From the NCBI GenBank assembly GCA_050288105.1, contig JBNKDE010000008.1:22683-86682 (forward strand): a DNA stretch of 64,000 bases. Reading direction: 5' to 3'. A program made the translations under genes and the position numbers. This stretch comes from Gammaproteobacteria bacterium (GTDB lineage Bacteria > Pseudomonadota > Gammaproteobacteria > GCA-001735895). Position 1 is the stretch's first letter. Each line of letters begins with the position of its first letter. Below the pieces are notes generated by a model. That model saw nothing but the letters and a program-made list of their open reading frames with translations, was not told the origin of the DNA and made no database searches. Positions 28,782-39,356 of this stretch are shown piece by piece.

Positions 28782-29435
28782 TTACTGTTGGAGTAAAGAA
28801 TTGAAACCGCGACTGCGGATCAGGTTGTTGAAATAGGCGCGGTAATAAGCGACAGCACTGTTGCCATTGGTGCCTACATCAAACACCTTCCAGCCACCAG
28901 GTCCCTGCATAAAGCGAAAATCGATACGAATCGGGTAACTGTTGGAAGGAATGACACGTGCAGTCACTATAACTTCGTTATAGCCCATTCTTCTGGGTGG
29001 AAGAAATTCAACCCGGGGTTGTGCGTCGCCGTAGGCAGTGATGATGCGGGCGAATGCTGCAAAAAACATTTTTTTCAGGTTGGACTGAAAGATATATTTC
29101 TGCGCGGAATTCATGCGGTTGTAATGATAACCTGAAGCCCATTCGGCCATTTGCTCAAAATCAAAAAACTGTGACATCTGGCTATCCAGGAAGTTAAGTA
29201 CTTTTTCCGGATTGTCGAATTCGCCACTGTTCAGGTAGTTCTGTAATACCCGTATACCCATTTCCAGTAACTGGGCGGGTGTTTGCTGTGCATAATTTGG
29301 GTAAGGGTTATAGGGCTGGGCGTAACCGTAGCCGGGCACCTGAGCCTGAGTATTCGAATAGGTGAGCATGGTGACGCAGATAATTATTATAGGTGTAAGG
29401 CGTTTCATAAGCTTCTCTTCTAAAGTGAGGTTCAA
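28782..29435 (-). CDS. MlaC/Ttg2D-family periplasmic lipid-binding protein (NTF2-like)
   Basis: Signal peptide. The C-terminal RIDFRFMQGPGGWKVFDVGTNGNSAVAYYRAYFNNLIRSRGFNSLL aligns with E. coli MlaC [47 protein letters not shown]. Confidence 0.65.
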   Translation of the reverse strand: MNLTLEEKLMKRLTPIIIICVTMLTYSNTQAQVPGYGYAQPYNPYPNYAQQTPAQLLEMGIRVLQNYLNSGEFDNPEKVLNFLDSQMSQFFDFEQMAEWASGYHYNRMNSAQKYIFQSNLKKMFFAAFARIITAYGDAQPRVEFLPPRRMGYNEVIVTARVIPSNSYPIRIDFRFMQGPGGWKVFDVGTNGNSAVAYYRAYFNNLIRSRGFNSLLQQ

Positions 29436-29499
29436 TTACTATGAGTGTTTGATACATGACTATTGAAACACAACAGGCGACTGGAAAAAAAGCCTGTTT

Positions 29500-29586
29500 T
29501 GGTACCGGGGGGGGGACTCGAACCCCCAAGATGTTACCACCAGCGGATTTTGAATCCGCCGCGTCTACCAGTTCCGCCACCCCGGC
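29500..29586 (-). tRNA. tRNA-Leu (anticodon CAA), class II with long variable arm
   Basis: Manual fold on the reverse complement: acceptor GCCGGGG/CCCCGGT (G1-U72), anticodon stem GCGGA/TCCGC with loop TTCAAAA, long variable arm, T-arm GGGGGTTCGAGTCCCCC, ACCA 3' end. Confidence 0.85.
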
Positions 29587-29752
29587 AATAAGGCGGGGAT
29601 TTTAATGGATAATGCTCAACAGTGGTAGCACTAACCGCAGAAATTTATACAGATATTGTCAGTTATTCACGGCAAACTCTATTTGGCAGGAGTTTATAAG
29701 CCCAGTATGATTGCGCCCCGTTAATTTTCCACCAGCCAAAACCTGCCGATTC

Positions 29753-30781
29753 ATGAAAGCCTCAGATTTTGATTACGATTTACCCGAACAGCTGATCGCT
29801 CAAAAACCACTGCAGCAAAGAACCGCTTCACGATTGCTGGTGCTTGATGCTCAACAATCAGAAATCAGCGATGATCTGTTTTCCAGCCTGTTAACATTTC
29901 TGCAGCCGCAAGATTTACTCGTCTTTAACGATACCCGTGTTTTTCCCGCGCGCCTGTTCGGTCAAAAGGAAACAGGTGGCAAGGTTGAAGTACTGGTTGA
30001 ACGTATCGTCAATGAGAGCGAAGTGCTGGCGCATGTACGCAGCAGTAAATCACCGCGCGCCGGTACGCTGCTGCAGCTGGAGCAGGCAATAGCCTGTCAG
30101 GTAACAGGTCGCCAGCAGGATCTGTTCCACCTTAAACTCACACAAACAGGTAACTGGCTGGAGTTACTGCAGCAATATGGACATATGCCGCTACCTCCTT
30201 ATATAGAGCGTGCCGATAATGCCAGCGATCGAGATCGGTACCAGACCGTTTACTCTCGCAATATAGGTGCTGTCGCAGCCCCGACCGCTGGACTTCACTT
30301 CGATCAATCAATGCTGGATGCGATACAGCAGCAGGGTATTAATACGGCCTATGTAACGCTGCATGTGGGCGCTGGGACCTTCCAGCCGATGCGTGTGGAC
30401 GAGGTTTCAGAGCATGTCATGCACGCCGAGTCGGTGCAGGTGAGTGAGCAGGTTTGCCAGCAGATTCAGCACACTCGAGAAATAGGTGGCAGAGTGATAG
30501 CGGTAGGGACTACCGTAGTGCGCAGCCTGGAAAGTGCGGCTGCTGAAGGTGAACTCAAACCCTATGCTGGTGATACCCAACTATTTATTACCCCTGGATA
30601 CCGCTTCCGTGTAGTAGATGCAATGATTACCAATTTTCATTTACCGCGCTCCACCTTGTTGATGCTGGTATGTGCTTTTGCCGGTAAGGATTTTATGATG
30701 CAGGCTTATCAGCACGCGGTTGCTTCTGAATATCGTTTTTTTAGCTATGGCGACGCCATGCTGATTAAAAATCGGCTTTAA
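29753..30781 (+). CDS. queA: S-adenosylmethionine:tRNA ribosyltransferase-isomerase
   Basis: MKASDFDYDLPEQLIAQKP N-terminus and TTVVRSLE motif. Start taken at the internal Met of the longer ORF. Confidence 0.95.
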   Translation: MKASDFDYDLPEQLIAQKPLQQRTASRLLVLDAQQSEISDDLFSSLLTFLQPQDLLVFNDTRVFPARLFGQKETGGKVEVLVERIVNESEVLAHVRSSKSPRAGTLLQLEQAIACQVTGRQQDLFHLKLTQTGNWLELLQQYGHMPLPPYIERADNASDRDRYQTVYSRNIGAVAAPTAGLHFDQSMLDAIQQQGINTAYVTLHVGAGTFQPMRVDEVSEHVMHAESVQVSEQVCQQIQHTREIGGRVIAVGTTVVRSLESAAAEGELKPYAGDTQLFITPGYRFRVVDAMITNFHLPRSTLLMLVCAFAGKDFMMQAYQHAVASEYRFFSYGDAMLIKNRL

Positions 30782-30812
30782 TTTATAGTCGAGATGCTTA
30801 ATATACCCCTAA

Positions 30813-31940
<1,128 letters not shown>

Positions 31941-33476
31941 GTGCCCATGGCTCAGTCCGATAAGTTGATCACTGCTGAACAGGCAGCCCTGTTAATCCGC
32001 GATGGTGATACGATTGCCACCGGTGGTTTTGTTGGCACTGGTGTGCCGGAACAGTTGCTCATTGCGCTTCAGGAACGCTTTAAATCTACCGCCCAGCCGA
32101 AAAATTTAACCCTGGTATATGCCGCCGGACAGGGCGATGGAAAGGACAGGGGACTCAATCACCTGGGTGAAAAAGGCATGGTTAAACGCATACTTGGGGG
32201 CCATTGGGGGTTAGTGCCCAAGCTGGGTGCGCTGGCCTATGAGAATGCGCTGGAGGCGTACAATCTGCCACAGGGTGTGATCTCGCATCTATATCGGGAT
32301 ATCGCCGCCGGCAAGCCGGGCACCCTGACGCATGTGGGTTTACACACCTTTGTCGACCCGCGTATTGATGGCGGTAAGTTGAATGCCGCAGCGGTTGAGG
32401 ATGTCGTTGAATTGATGCAGATCGCTGGCGAGGAATATCTTTTCTATCACGCCTTCCCGATTCATATCGCATTGTTGCGCGGCACCACCGCAGATCGTCA
32501 TGGCAATATCACGATGGAACATGAAGCACTGACACTGGAAGCACTCTCCATTGCGCAGGCGGTGCATAACAGTGGGGGCAAGGTGCTGGTTCAGGTGGAG
32601 CGTGTGACCGAACGCCATCGTCTCTCACCGCAGATGGTGAAACTGCCCGGGATTCTGGTCGACGCGGTGGTGATCGCAGAACCACAAAATCATATGCAAA
32701 CCTTTGGCGAGCAATATAACCCGGCCTACAGTGGTGAAGTCACCATCTCGCGTGAATCTGTGCAGTATGAAAAGGATATTCGCCTGATCCTCGGGCGCAT
32801 CGCAGCACAGTATTTGAAGCCTGGCAGTATAGTCAACCTGGGCATAGGTATGCCCGAAGCGGTGGCACAGGCCGCCAGTGAGAAAGGCATTATTGATGAC
32901 TTCACGCTGACTGTGGAACCCGGTGGCATCGGCGGCATACCCTCCAGCGGTTTGAGCTTTGGTGCGACTGCGAATGCCGAAGCCATCATCGATCAACCTG
33001 CGCAGTTTGATTTCTACGATGGTGGCGGTCTGGACCAGGCTTTCCTCGGCATGGCGGAAGTTGATATTCAGGGCAATGTCAATGTCAGTCGCTTTGGCAG
33101 TCGCACCGCGGGTGCGGGTGGTTTTATCAACATCAGCCAGAATGCGCGCGAAGTGTATTTCATGGGTACCTTCACCTCCGGCAGGCAACAGGTGGAGTTG
33201 CTCGACGAGGGTCTGAAAGTGGTCGCAAATGGACCGGTGAAAAAATTTGTCAGCCAGGTGCAGCACCTGACGTTTAATGGACAACGCTCGCTGCAGACCG
33301 GACAGAAGATTTTCTACGTGACGGAACGCGCAGTTTTCAGGCTCACTGCACAGGGTTTACATATCGAAGCGGTTGCACCTGGCATCGATATTCAAAAAGA
33401 TATCCTTGATCAAATGGATTTCGTCCCCATCTCTGATGCACAACCGAAATTGCTTGATGCCTCGTTGTTTGCCTGA
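31941..33476 (+). CDS. ydiF: fused alpha/beta acyl-CoA:acetate/3-ketoacid CoA-transferase (YdiF-like, family I CoA-transferase)
   Basis: Extensive collinear similarity to E. coli YdiF: [65 protein letters not shown]. Starts with GTG immediately after the tgt stop. Confidence 0.85.
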   Translation: MPMAQSDKLITAEQAALLIRDGDTIATGGFVGTGVPEQLLIALQERFKSTAQPKNLTLVYAAGQGDGKDRGLNHLGEKGMVKRILGGHWGLVPKLGALAYENALEAYNLPQGVISHLYRDIAAGKPGTLTHVGLHTFVDPRIDGGKLNAAAVEDVVELMQIAGEEYLFYHAFPIHIALLRGTTADRHGNITMEHEALTLEALSIAQAVHNSGGKVLVQVERVTERHRLSPQMVKLPGILVDAVVIAEPQNHMQTFGEQYNPAYSGEVTISRESVQYEKDIRLILGRIAAQYLKPGSIVNLGIGMPEAVAQAASEKGIIDDFTLTVEPGGIGGIPSSGLSFGATANAEAIIDQPAQFDFYDGGGLDQAFLGMAEVDIQGNVNVSRFGSRTAGAGGFINISQNAREVYFMGTFTSGRQQVELLDEGLKVVANGPVKKFVSQVQHLTFNGQRSLQTGQKIFYVTERAVFRLTAQGLHIEAVAPGIDIQKDILDQMDFVPISDAQPKLLDASLFA

Positions 33477-33603
33477 TTCAGGCTACAGCGGGAATTAAGC
33501 TTTTATATGAATCCTTCGCTATGCCATAATACGCGCCGTTTTAGGCCCTGAACCGGCATACTGTCGGTTCATCATCCAATCAGCCAATAAATTAGGAAAA
33601 GTT

Positions 33604-33933
33604 ATGAGTTTTTTTATCAGTGATGCAATGGCACAAACAGCCGGGGCAGCTCCGGGCAATCCAATTATGTCCTTCCTACCCTTGATTATCCTGTTCGTTA
33701 TCTTTTATTTCCTGTTGATTCGTCCACAACAAAAGAAAGCCAAGGAACATAAGACCATGGTTGAAAACCTGCAAAAAGGTGACGAGATCGTGACCCAGGG
33801 TGGACTGGTTGGTAAAGTGACCGAAGTTACCGATAGTTTTCTAACCTGCAAACTCGCTGAGAATGTTGAAGTTAAGGTTCAGCGTCACGCGATTACCACG
33901 GTTCTGCCCAAGGGCACGATAAAAAGCATTTAA
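33604..33933 (+). CDS. yajC: preprotein translocase subunit YajC
   Basis: 109 aa, one TM, LIRPQQKK..GDEIVTQGGLVGKV signature. Confidence 0.9.
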   Translation: MSFFISDAMAQTAGAAPGNPIMSFLPLIILFVIFYFLLIRPQQKKAKEHKTMVENLQKGDEIVTQGGLVGKVTEVTDSFLTCKLAENVEVKVQRHAITTVLPKGTIKSI

Positions 33934-33955
33934 TCAACAAGAATAAATCCAAATC

Positions 33956-35821
33956 ATGAATCATTATCCCCTGTGGAAGTACCTACTTCTCATCTTTGTG
34001 GTGGTGCTGGGACTGGTGTATGCAGCCCCCAACCTTTACGGAGAAGATCCGGCTGTTCAGATTTCGCATCGCGTTAATCTGGTTAACCAGGAAGAGCTCA
34101 ATAATATCACCGCATTGCTCAAGAATCTGGGCATCGAGTATCGTTCGATAGAGCTGGCTGACGGCAATATACTGGTGCGATTTAAATCTGAAGAAGCCCA
34201 GTTGAAAGCGGCGTCGGATATCAAGGACGCTCTGCAGGATCAGGATAATCGCTATACCGTGGCTCTAAACCTGGCGCCTGCGACGCCGGACTGGTTAACC
34301 AGTCTGAACGCGCTGCCCATGTACCTGGGTCTGGATCTGCGCGGTGGTGTGCACTTCCTGATGGAGGTGGACATGGAAGAAGCCATCGTCAAAGCGCTGG
34401 ATCGGTCTGGCACCGAACTACGCGGATTCATGCGCGAACAGAAGATTCGCTATCGCACAGTACAGGTCAACAAGGACAATCTAACGATTCGTTTTAGCGA
34501 TACTGCAGAAAGAGAAAAGGCGATAACCCTGCTGGAAGATGAATTCAGGGATTTTGAGTTTAATAAGGCTGATGAAAATAATTCTGCGCTGATCGTTATG
34601 ACCTATAGCCAGCAGGCCCTGGTGGAAGAAAAGAAAGCAGCTTTGACGCAGAATATTTCGACGCTTAAAAATCGTGTTAACGAACTGGGTGTTGCCGAGC
34701 CGTTGATACAGCAGCAGGGTGAAGATCGTGTTGTGGTCCAGCTTCCCGGTGTGCAGGATACCGTGCGCGCAAAAGAAATACTGGGTGCTACCGCTACCCT
34801 CGAGTTCAGGCTGGTACATGGCTCTCTGGCCGACTGGCAAACTGCGGCCAGCAGCGGCAAGGTCCCACTGGGTGCGAAACTGTATAAAGAGACCGATGGC
34901 TCTCCGGTACTGCTTAAGCGCAGCGTTATTGTGACCGGTGATCAGATCGTCGGCGCAGCTTCTGGTATCGACACTCAATCCAGTTCCCCCGATGTCACCA
35001 TCACCCTGAACAGCAAGGGTGCTGATCGCATGAGCAAGGTGACGCGGGATAATGTCGGTAAACCGATGGCTGTTGTGTTCATTGAAGATAAATATGAATT
35101 TATCGATCAGGACGGTACCCAGAAACGTATTAAGACCACTGAATCCCGAGTCATCAATGTGGCAACGATTCGCGATCAGCTCAGCAAGCGTTTCCATATT
35201 ACTGGCCTCGATTCTACGCGTGAAGCGCGTGATCTGGCCCTGTTATTGAGAGCTGGTGCATTACGCGCACCCATGGTGATTGTTGAGGAAAGAACGGTAG
35301 GACCTAGTCTGGGACAGGAGAATATCGACAAGGGACTTAAATCGGTAGTTATCGGATTTTTCGCGGTACTGATCTTCATGACACTTTATTACAAACTGTT
35401 CGGTGTGGTTGCGAATATCGCCTTGACCCTGAATCTGGTATTAATCGTGGCGATTCTATCGATGCTTCCGGCAACGCTTACCTTACCGGGTATTGCAGGT
35501 ATTGTGTTAACCGTTGGTATGGCGGTGGATGCGAATGTGTTGATTTTTGAGCGTATTCGCGAAGAACTCAGGCTGGGTAACTCGCCTCAGGCGTCCATTT
35601 ATGCCGGATACCAGAAGGCGTTTAGTACCATTGCTGATGCGAATATAACGACATTTATTGCAGCAATCGTACTGTTTGGTTTCGGAACCGGTCCAATCCA
35701 GGGCTTTGCGGTTACCCTGTCTATCGGTATCGCGACCTCTATGCTGACGGCCATTATGGGCACGCGCGCAATTGTTAATCTCATTTACGGTCGTAAACAG
35801 ATCAAAAAGCTGGCTATCTAG
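33956..35821 (+). CDS. secD: protein translocase subunit SecD
   Basis: 621 aa, a large periplasmic domain plus 6 TM, LGLDLRGGVHF motif. Confidence 0.95.
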   Translation: MNHYPLWKYLLLIFVVVLGLVYAAPNLYGEDPAVQISHRVNLVNQEELNNITALLKNLGIEYRSIELADGNILVRFKSEEAQLKAASDIKDALQDQDNRYTVALNLAPATPDWLTSLNALPMYLGLDLRGGVHFLMEVDMEEAIVKALDRSGTELRGFMREQKIRYRTVQVNKDNLTIRFSDTAEREKAITLLEDEFRDFEFNKADENNSALIVMTYSQQALVEEKKAALTQNISTLKNRVNELGVAEPLIQQQGEDRVVVQLPGVQDTVRAKEILGATATLEFRLVHGSLADWQTAASSGKVPLGAKLYKETDGSPVLLKRSVIVTGDQIVGAASGIDTQSSSPDVTITLNSKGADRMSKVTRDNVGKPMAVVFIEDKYEFIDQDGTQKRIKTTESRVINVATIRDQLSKRFHITGLDSTREARDLALLLRAGALRAPMVIVEERTVGPSLGQENIDKGLKSVVIGFFAVLIFMTLYYKLFGVVANIALTLNLVLIVAILSMLPATLTLPGIAGIVLTVGMAVDANVLIFERIREELRLGNSPQASIYAGYQKAFSTIADANITTFIAAIVLFGFGTGPIQGFAVTLSIGIATSMLTAIMGTRAIVNLIYGRKQIKKLAI

Positions 35822-35829
35822 GAACTATT

Positions 35830-36756
35830 ATGGCTCTTATACGTGAATATAATTTTATGGGCATTCGCAAGATAGCCCTGACGACTTCTATCATCGTCAT
35901 GCTGATCTCTATAGCCAGCCTGGTCGTTAACAAGCTCAACGTCGGTATCGATTTTACTGGTGGTAGTGTGATTGAAATCGGCTATCAGCATGCAGTAGAA
36001 CTGGAACCTATTCGTCAGGGTCTGGCTGATGCAGGATACGCCGATGCCATTGTGCAGCACTTTGGCAGCGCGAAAGAAGTGTTAATCCGTCTGGTACCCC
36101 GTGAAGGACAGAATAAGGCGGAACTCAGTACCCAGGTGATTAGCTTACTGGAGAAGCTGGATAGCGATACCATCGATGTACGCCGGGTGGATTTTGTTGG
36201 TCCTCAGGTAGGTAAGGAACTGACCGAAGACGGTGGTTTAGCCGTTTTGTATGCGTTGATCGCGATTCTTATCTATGTGTCGTTGCGATTCGAATACCGC
36301 TTCTCGCTGGGTGCGGTCGCGGCGCTGATCCACGACGTGGTGATTACGCTGGGTGTGTTCTCCATTCTGCAGCTGGATTTCGACCTGACTGTACTGGCCG
36401 CAATCCTGGCTGTGATTGGATATTCACTCAACGATACCATTGTTGTGTTTGATCGTATCCGAGAAAACTTCCGCAAGATTCGCAAAAAGTCAGCTCTTGA
36501 GATTACCAATACCTCAATCAATCAGACGATTTCCCGAACCTTGATGACCTCTATTACGACCTTGCTGGTGTTAATCTGTCTGTATGTGTTTGGTGGAGAA
36601 GTGATCGCCTCTTTTGCCCTGGCTCTGATTGTTGGTGTCGTGGTCGGTACCTATTCATCCATTTATGTTGCGAGTTCAACTGCACTGGCTTTAGGCATTT
36701 CCAGGGAGGATTTGTTGATACCGGAAAAGAATGAGGAAGAACTGGATCGCCCTTAG
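35830..36756 (+). CDS. secF: protein translocase subunit SecF
   Basis: 308 aa, GIDFTGG motif, follows secD. Confidence 0.95.
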   Translation: MALIREYNFMGIRKIALTTSIIVMLISIASLVVNKLNVGIDFTGGSVIEIGYQHAVELEPIRQGLADAGYADAIVQHFGSAKEVLIRLVPREGQNKAELSTQVISLLEKLDSDTIDVRRVDFVGPQVGKELTEDGGLAVLYALIAILIYVSLRFEYRFSLGAVAALIHDVVITLGVFSILQLDFDLTVLAAILAVIGYSLNDTIVVFDRIRENFRKIRKKSALEITNTSINQTISRTLMTSITTLLVLICLYVFGGEVIASFALALIVGVVVGTYSSIYVASSTALALGISREDLLIPEKNEEELDRP

Positions 36757-36791
36757 ATCTTTATTCCCCTCAAAATCGATAGTTTAATATT

Positions 36792-36846
36792 AAAAAAAGC
36801 CCGCTAGCTGTTCAGGGTCAACCCTGGAAGTGAGCGGGCTTTTTTG
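36792..36846. terminator. bidirectional rho-independent terminator between secF and the convergent rhodanese gene
   Basis: AAAAAAA-GCCCGCT...AGCGGGC-TTTTTT, flanked by A- and T-runs. A second imperfect hairpin with a T-run follows at about 36851-36890. Confidence 0.7.
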
Positions 36847-36877
36847 TACCTGCTTTCCGCCAAAGGGAAAAGGCAGG

Positions 36878-37672
36878 TTATTTTTTCTTGTTACGGATAT
36901 CTTTAAAGAATTGCTTGGCGCCACCTTTCATGAAGTAGTATTTGGGGATGCTTTTGGCTTCCAGCGTATACTGTAACCAGGCAACCTGTTTGCCAGCTTC
37001 ATCATATACTAGCAGTGTTTTTCCCCTTTCCTTAATCTTGGCCAGGAAGTCCGCCAGTTTGCTTTTCTGTGACATGGCAATGTTTTCCTGGCGGTAAGGA
37101 TACAGCTCGATCAGACCACGCTGCGCGGGTTCCCTGATATCAAGTATGACCGCGTTGTCATTGATTTCTTCAGCAAACTTGGCGGGGGGCAACAGGTGCT
37201 CAGCAAATTTCTCTTTACTGATTAAATGAGCTGGATCAATGGGGGTTTCACCCAAAAGCGTGGATTTTTCCGGATAGGTGTTGGCCCAGTCAAAGATACC
37301 CGCATCAAAGGTAAAGGTCTGGTCGACACCTGCATTGCGAGCCTTTAATACCGCCTTATAGGATTTATAGCAGGTATGACCATTGCAATAAAATACCAGA
37401 TCCTTTTTTTCAGCAGCGAGTTCCTTGATCCTGTCAGAAAAGGTCTTGCTGACCAGCGGGACATTTATTGCCCCATTTATATGTAAGGTTTCATATTCAT
37501 AACTGGATCGCACGTCGACCACGATTACTTTATCCAGCTTCGCGTTTAGTTCATCAATTTCGTAGTAATTAACGTTAGGGTAGGTTTCGCGACCAGGAAA
37601 TTCCTGGGCCTGGGCTGAAGCGTTTAAAGGTAAAAACAGTAACAGGGTAAATAATGCCAGCAGGTTTTTCAT
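36878..37672 (-). CDS. periplasmic tandem rhodanese-domain protein (putative sulfurtransferase)
   Basis: Signal peptide and two rhodanese-like repeats. The first carries a Cys loop (FYCNGHTCY). The second has Asp in place of the catalytic Cys (VYDEAGKQ) and is probably inactive. Confidence 0.7.
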   Translation of the reverse strand: MKNLLALFTLLLFLPLNASAQAQEFPGRETYPNVNYYEIDELNAKLDKVIVVDVRSSYEYETLHINGAINVPLVSKTFSDRIKELAAEKKDLVFYCNGHTCYKSYKAVLKARNAGVDQTFTFDAGIFDWANTYPEKSTLLGETPIDPAHLISKEKFAEHLLPPAKFAEEINDNAVILDIREPAQRGLIELYPYRQENIAMSQKSKLADFLAKIKERGKTLLVYDEAGKQVAWLQYTLEAKSIPKYYFMKGGAKQFFKDIRNKKK

Positions 37673-37813
37673 TTTGATTCCTTTTTAAAACTTTAAATAA
37701 TTATGAAACTCGAATTCTAGGATAGTTTTACGTAACTTCAATGAATTAGATCCAAATCCTGATAAATAACTTTAGGCAGCTTAGTGAGCCAGTGCATTTT
37801 CTGCAAATTATAT

Positions 37814-37831
37814 CTGGCATAGTCCATGCAT
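37814..37831 (+). promoter_or_regulatory. candidate sigma-54 (RpoN) promoter upstream of flgG
   Basis: CTGGCAT-N5-ATGCA with GG and GC separated by exactly 10 nt, about 40 nt upstream of the flgG ATG. Confidence 0.45.
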
Positions 37832-37869
37832 ATTGACCTGTGAATGCCCCAAAACACAGGAGATATTTT

Positions 37870-38655
37870 ATGAACCAGGCTCTCTGGATAGCAAAAACCG
37901 GTCTCGACGCCCAACAGACTCGGTTATCGGTTATTTCTAATAACCTTGCCAATGTGAGTACCACCGGCTTTAAGCAAAGCCGCGCCGTATTCGAGGATTT
38001 ACTGTATCAGAATATACGCCAGGCAGGCGGCCAGACCTCACAGGATACGCGCCTGCCTACAGGCCTGTACCTGGGTGCTGGCTCGCGTATTGTAGCTACT
38101 GAAAAGATACATACGCAGGGATCTATCGAAACTACCGGTAACTCGCTGGATGTCGCGATAGACGGTAAAGGTTATTTCCCCATTTTATTGCCTGACGGTA
38201 GCGAAGCCTATACCCGGGATGGTGGCTTCAAGATGTCCGACCAGGGGCAATTAGTGACCTCAAGCGGCTATACCTTGCAGCCCGGCATTACCATACCCAG
38301 TGATACACGGCAGATTACGATCGGTATCGATGGTGTGGTTTCTGTGACTACTCAGGGTAATAGCACCCCGACTGCTGTCGGCAATATCCAGCTGTCAAAC
38401 TTCATTAATCCCATGGGGCTGGAGCCCATTGGTGAAAACCTGTTTGTAGAGTCAGCTTCCAGCGGTGCCGCACAACCCGGCACCCCCGGCTTAACCGGTC
38501 TTGGGACCCTGCGCCAGGGTTCACTGGAAAGTTCCAATGTGAATATCGTTGAAGAAATGGTAGGCATGATTGAAACCCAACGTGCCTATGAAATGAATTC
38601 GCGTGTGATTTCCACCGCCGATGGAATGATGTCGTATCTGAATAACAATATTTAG
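37870..38655 (+). CDS. flgG: flagellar basal-body rod protein FlgG
   Basis: 262 aa, conserved rod N-terminus ([31 protein letters not shown]) and C-terminus ([21 protein letters not shown]). Start at the ATG with a GGAG RBS. Confidence 0.9.
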   Translation: MNQALWIAKTGLDAQQTRLSVISNNLANVSTTGFKQSRAVFEDLLYQNIRQAGGQTSQDTRLPTGLYLGAGSRIVATEKIHTQGSIETTGNSLDVAIDGKGYFPILLPDGSEAYTRDGGFKMSDQGQLVTSSGYTLQPGITIPSDTRQITIGIDGVVSVTTQGNSTPTAVGNIQLSNFINPMGLEPIGENLFVESASSGAAQPGTPGLTGLGTLRQGSLESSNVNIVEEMVGMIETQRAYEMNSRVISTADGMMSYLNNNI

Positions 38656-38663
38656 GTGATGAG

Positions 38664-39347
38664 ATGAAACCATTAAACATAATCGTATGTAGCCTGGCGC
38701 TGTTAATCATGCAGGGCTGTGCGAGTACGCGTATCGAGGTGCAACCGGATCCCATGTTTGCGCCTGTAGATCTGAAGGAAGCGAGATTTCAGCCTCAGAA
38801 TAACGGTTCGATTTACCAGCAGGGTAGAGCAGTGCGCCTGTTTGAAGATAGTAAGGCGTTCCGTATTGGCGATCTGCTGAGTATCACGCTTTCAGAGTCC
38901 ACCAATGCATCGAAATCGGCGGCGACTACTACCGCCAAGGATGACAGCGTGAGCATGGGGGCAGGCACCCTGCTGGGTATTACCCCCACCTTGAAGGGTC
39001 AGTCTATTCTGAATAACAGCCTGGAAGGTCAACGAGAATTCACCGGAACTGGCGATAGCGCTCAGAGCAATAGCCTGAGTGGTGAAATCACTGTGATGGT
39101 GGTTGATATTTACCCGAATGGCAATTTGCTGGTACGGGGTGAAAAGATTCTGGGGCTGAACCAGGGATCAGAGTTTATCCGTATCGCCGGCATTGTCCGA
39201 CCACAGGATGTGAGCGCGAATAACGAAGTGCTGTCCGGCAAGCTGGCCAATTCACGTATCTATTATGGTGGCGGCGGTGTTATTGCCGAAGCCAATACCA
39301 AGGGCTGGCTGAGTCGTTTCTTTGATAGCCCTGCGTTTCCTTTCTAG
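38664..39347 (+). CDS. flgH: flagellar L-ring lipoprotein FlgH
   Basis: Lipobox (LIMQGCAS), 227 aa, position. Confidence 0.9.
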   Translation: MKPLNIIVCSLALLIMQGCASTRIEVQPDPMFAPVDLKEARFQPQNNGSIYQQGRAVRLFEDSKAFRIGDLLSITLSESTNASKSAATTTAKDDSVSMGAGTLLGITPTLKGQSILNNSLEGQREFTGTGDSAQSNSLSGEITVMVVDIYPNGNLLVRGEKILGLNQGSEFIRIAGIVRPQDVSANNEVLSGKLANSRIYYGGGGVIAEANTKGWLSRFFDSPAFPF

Positions 39348-39356
39348 GAGGCTGAG

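Noticed and set aside
29308-29580. 90-aa minus-strand ORF
   Set aside because: It is made largely of the tRNA-Leu(CAA) sequence (29500-29586) read as protein. Not a gene.
20869-29586. Classical integrative genomic island between the two tRNAs
   Set aside because: No integrase, recombinase or transposase, and no visible direct repeat of a tRNA 3' end. It is reported only as a candidate variable region in the findings.
32182-33284. Several 85-219-aa ORFs inside and antisense to the CoA-transferase gene
   Set aside because: The sense-strand YdiF-like protein aligns end-to-end with a known family. The overlapping frames have no motifs.
34481-35379. 238-aa and smaller ORFs within secD
   Set aside because: They are antisense to or out of frame with a conserved SecD.
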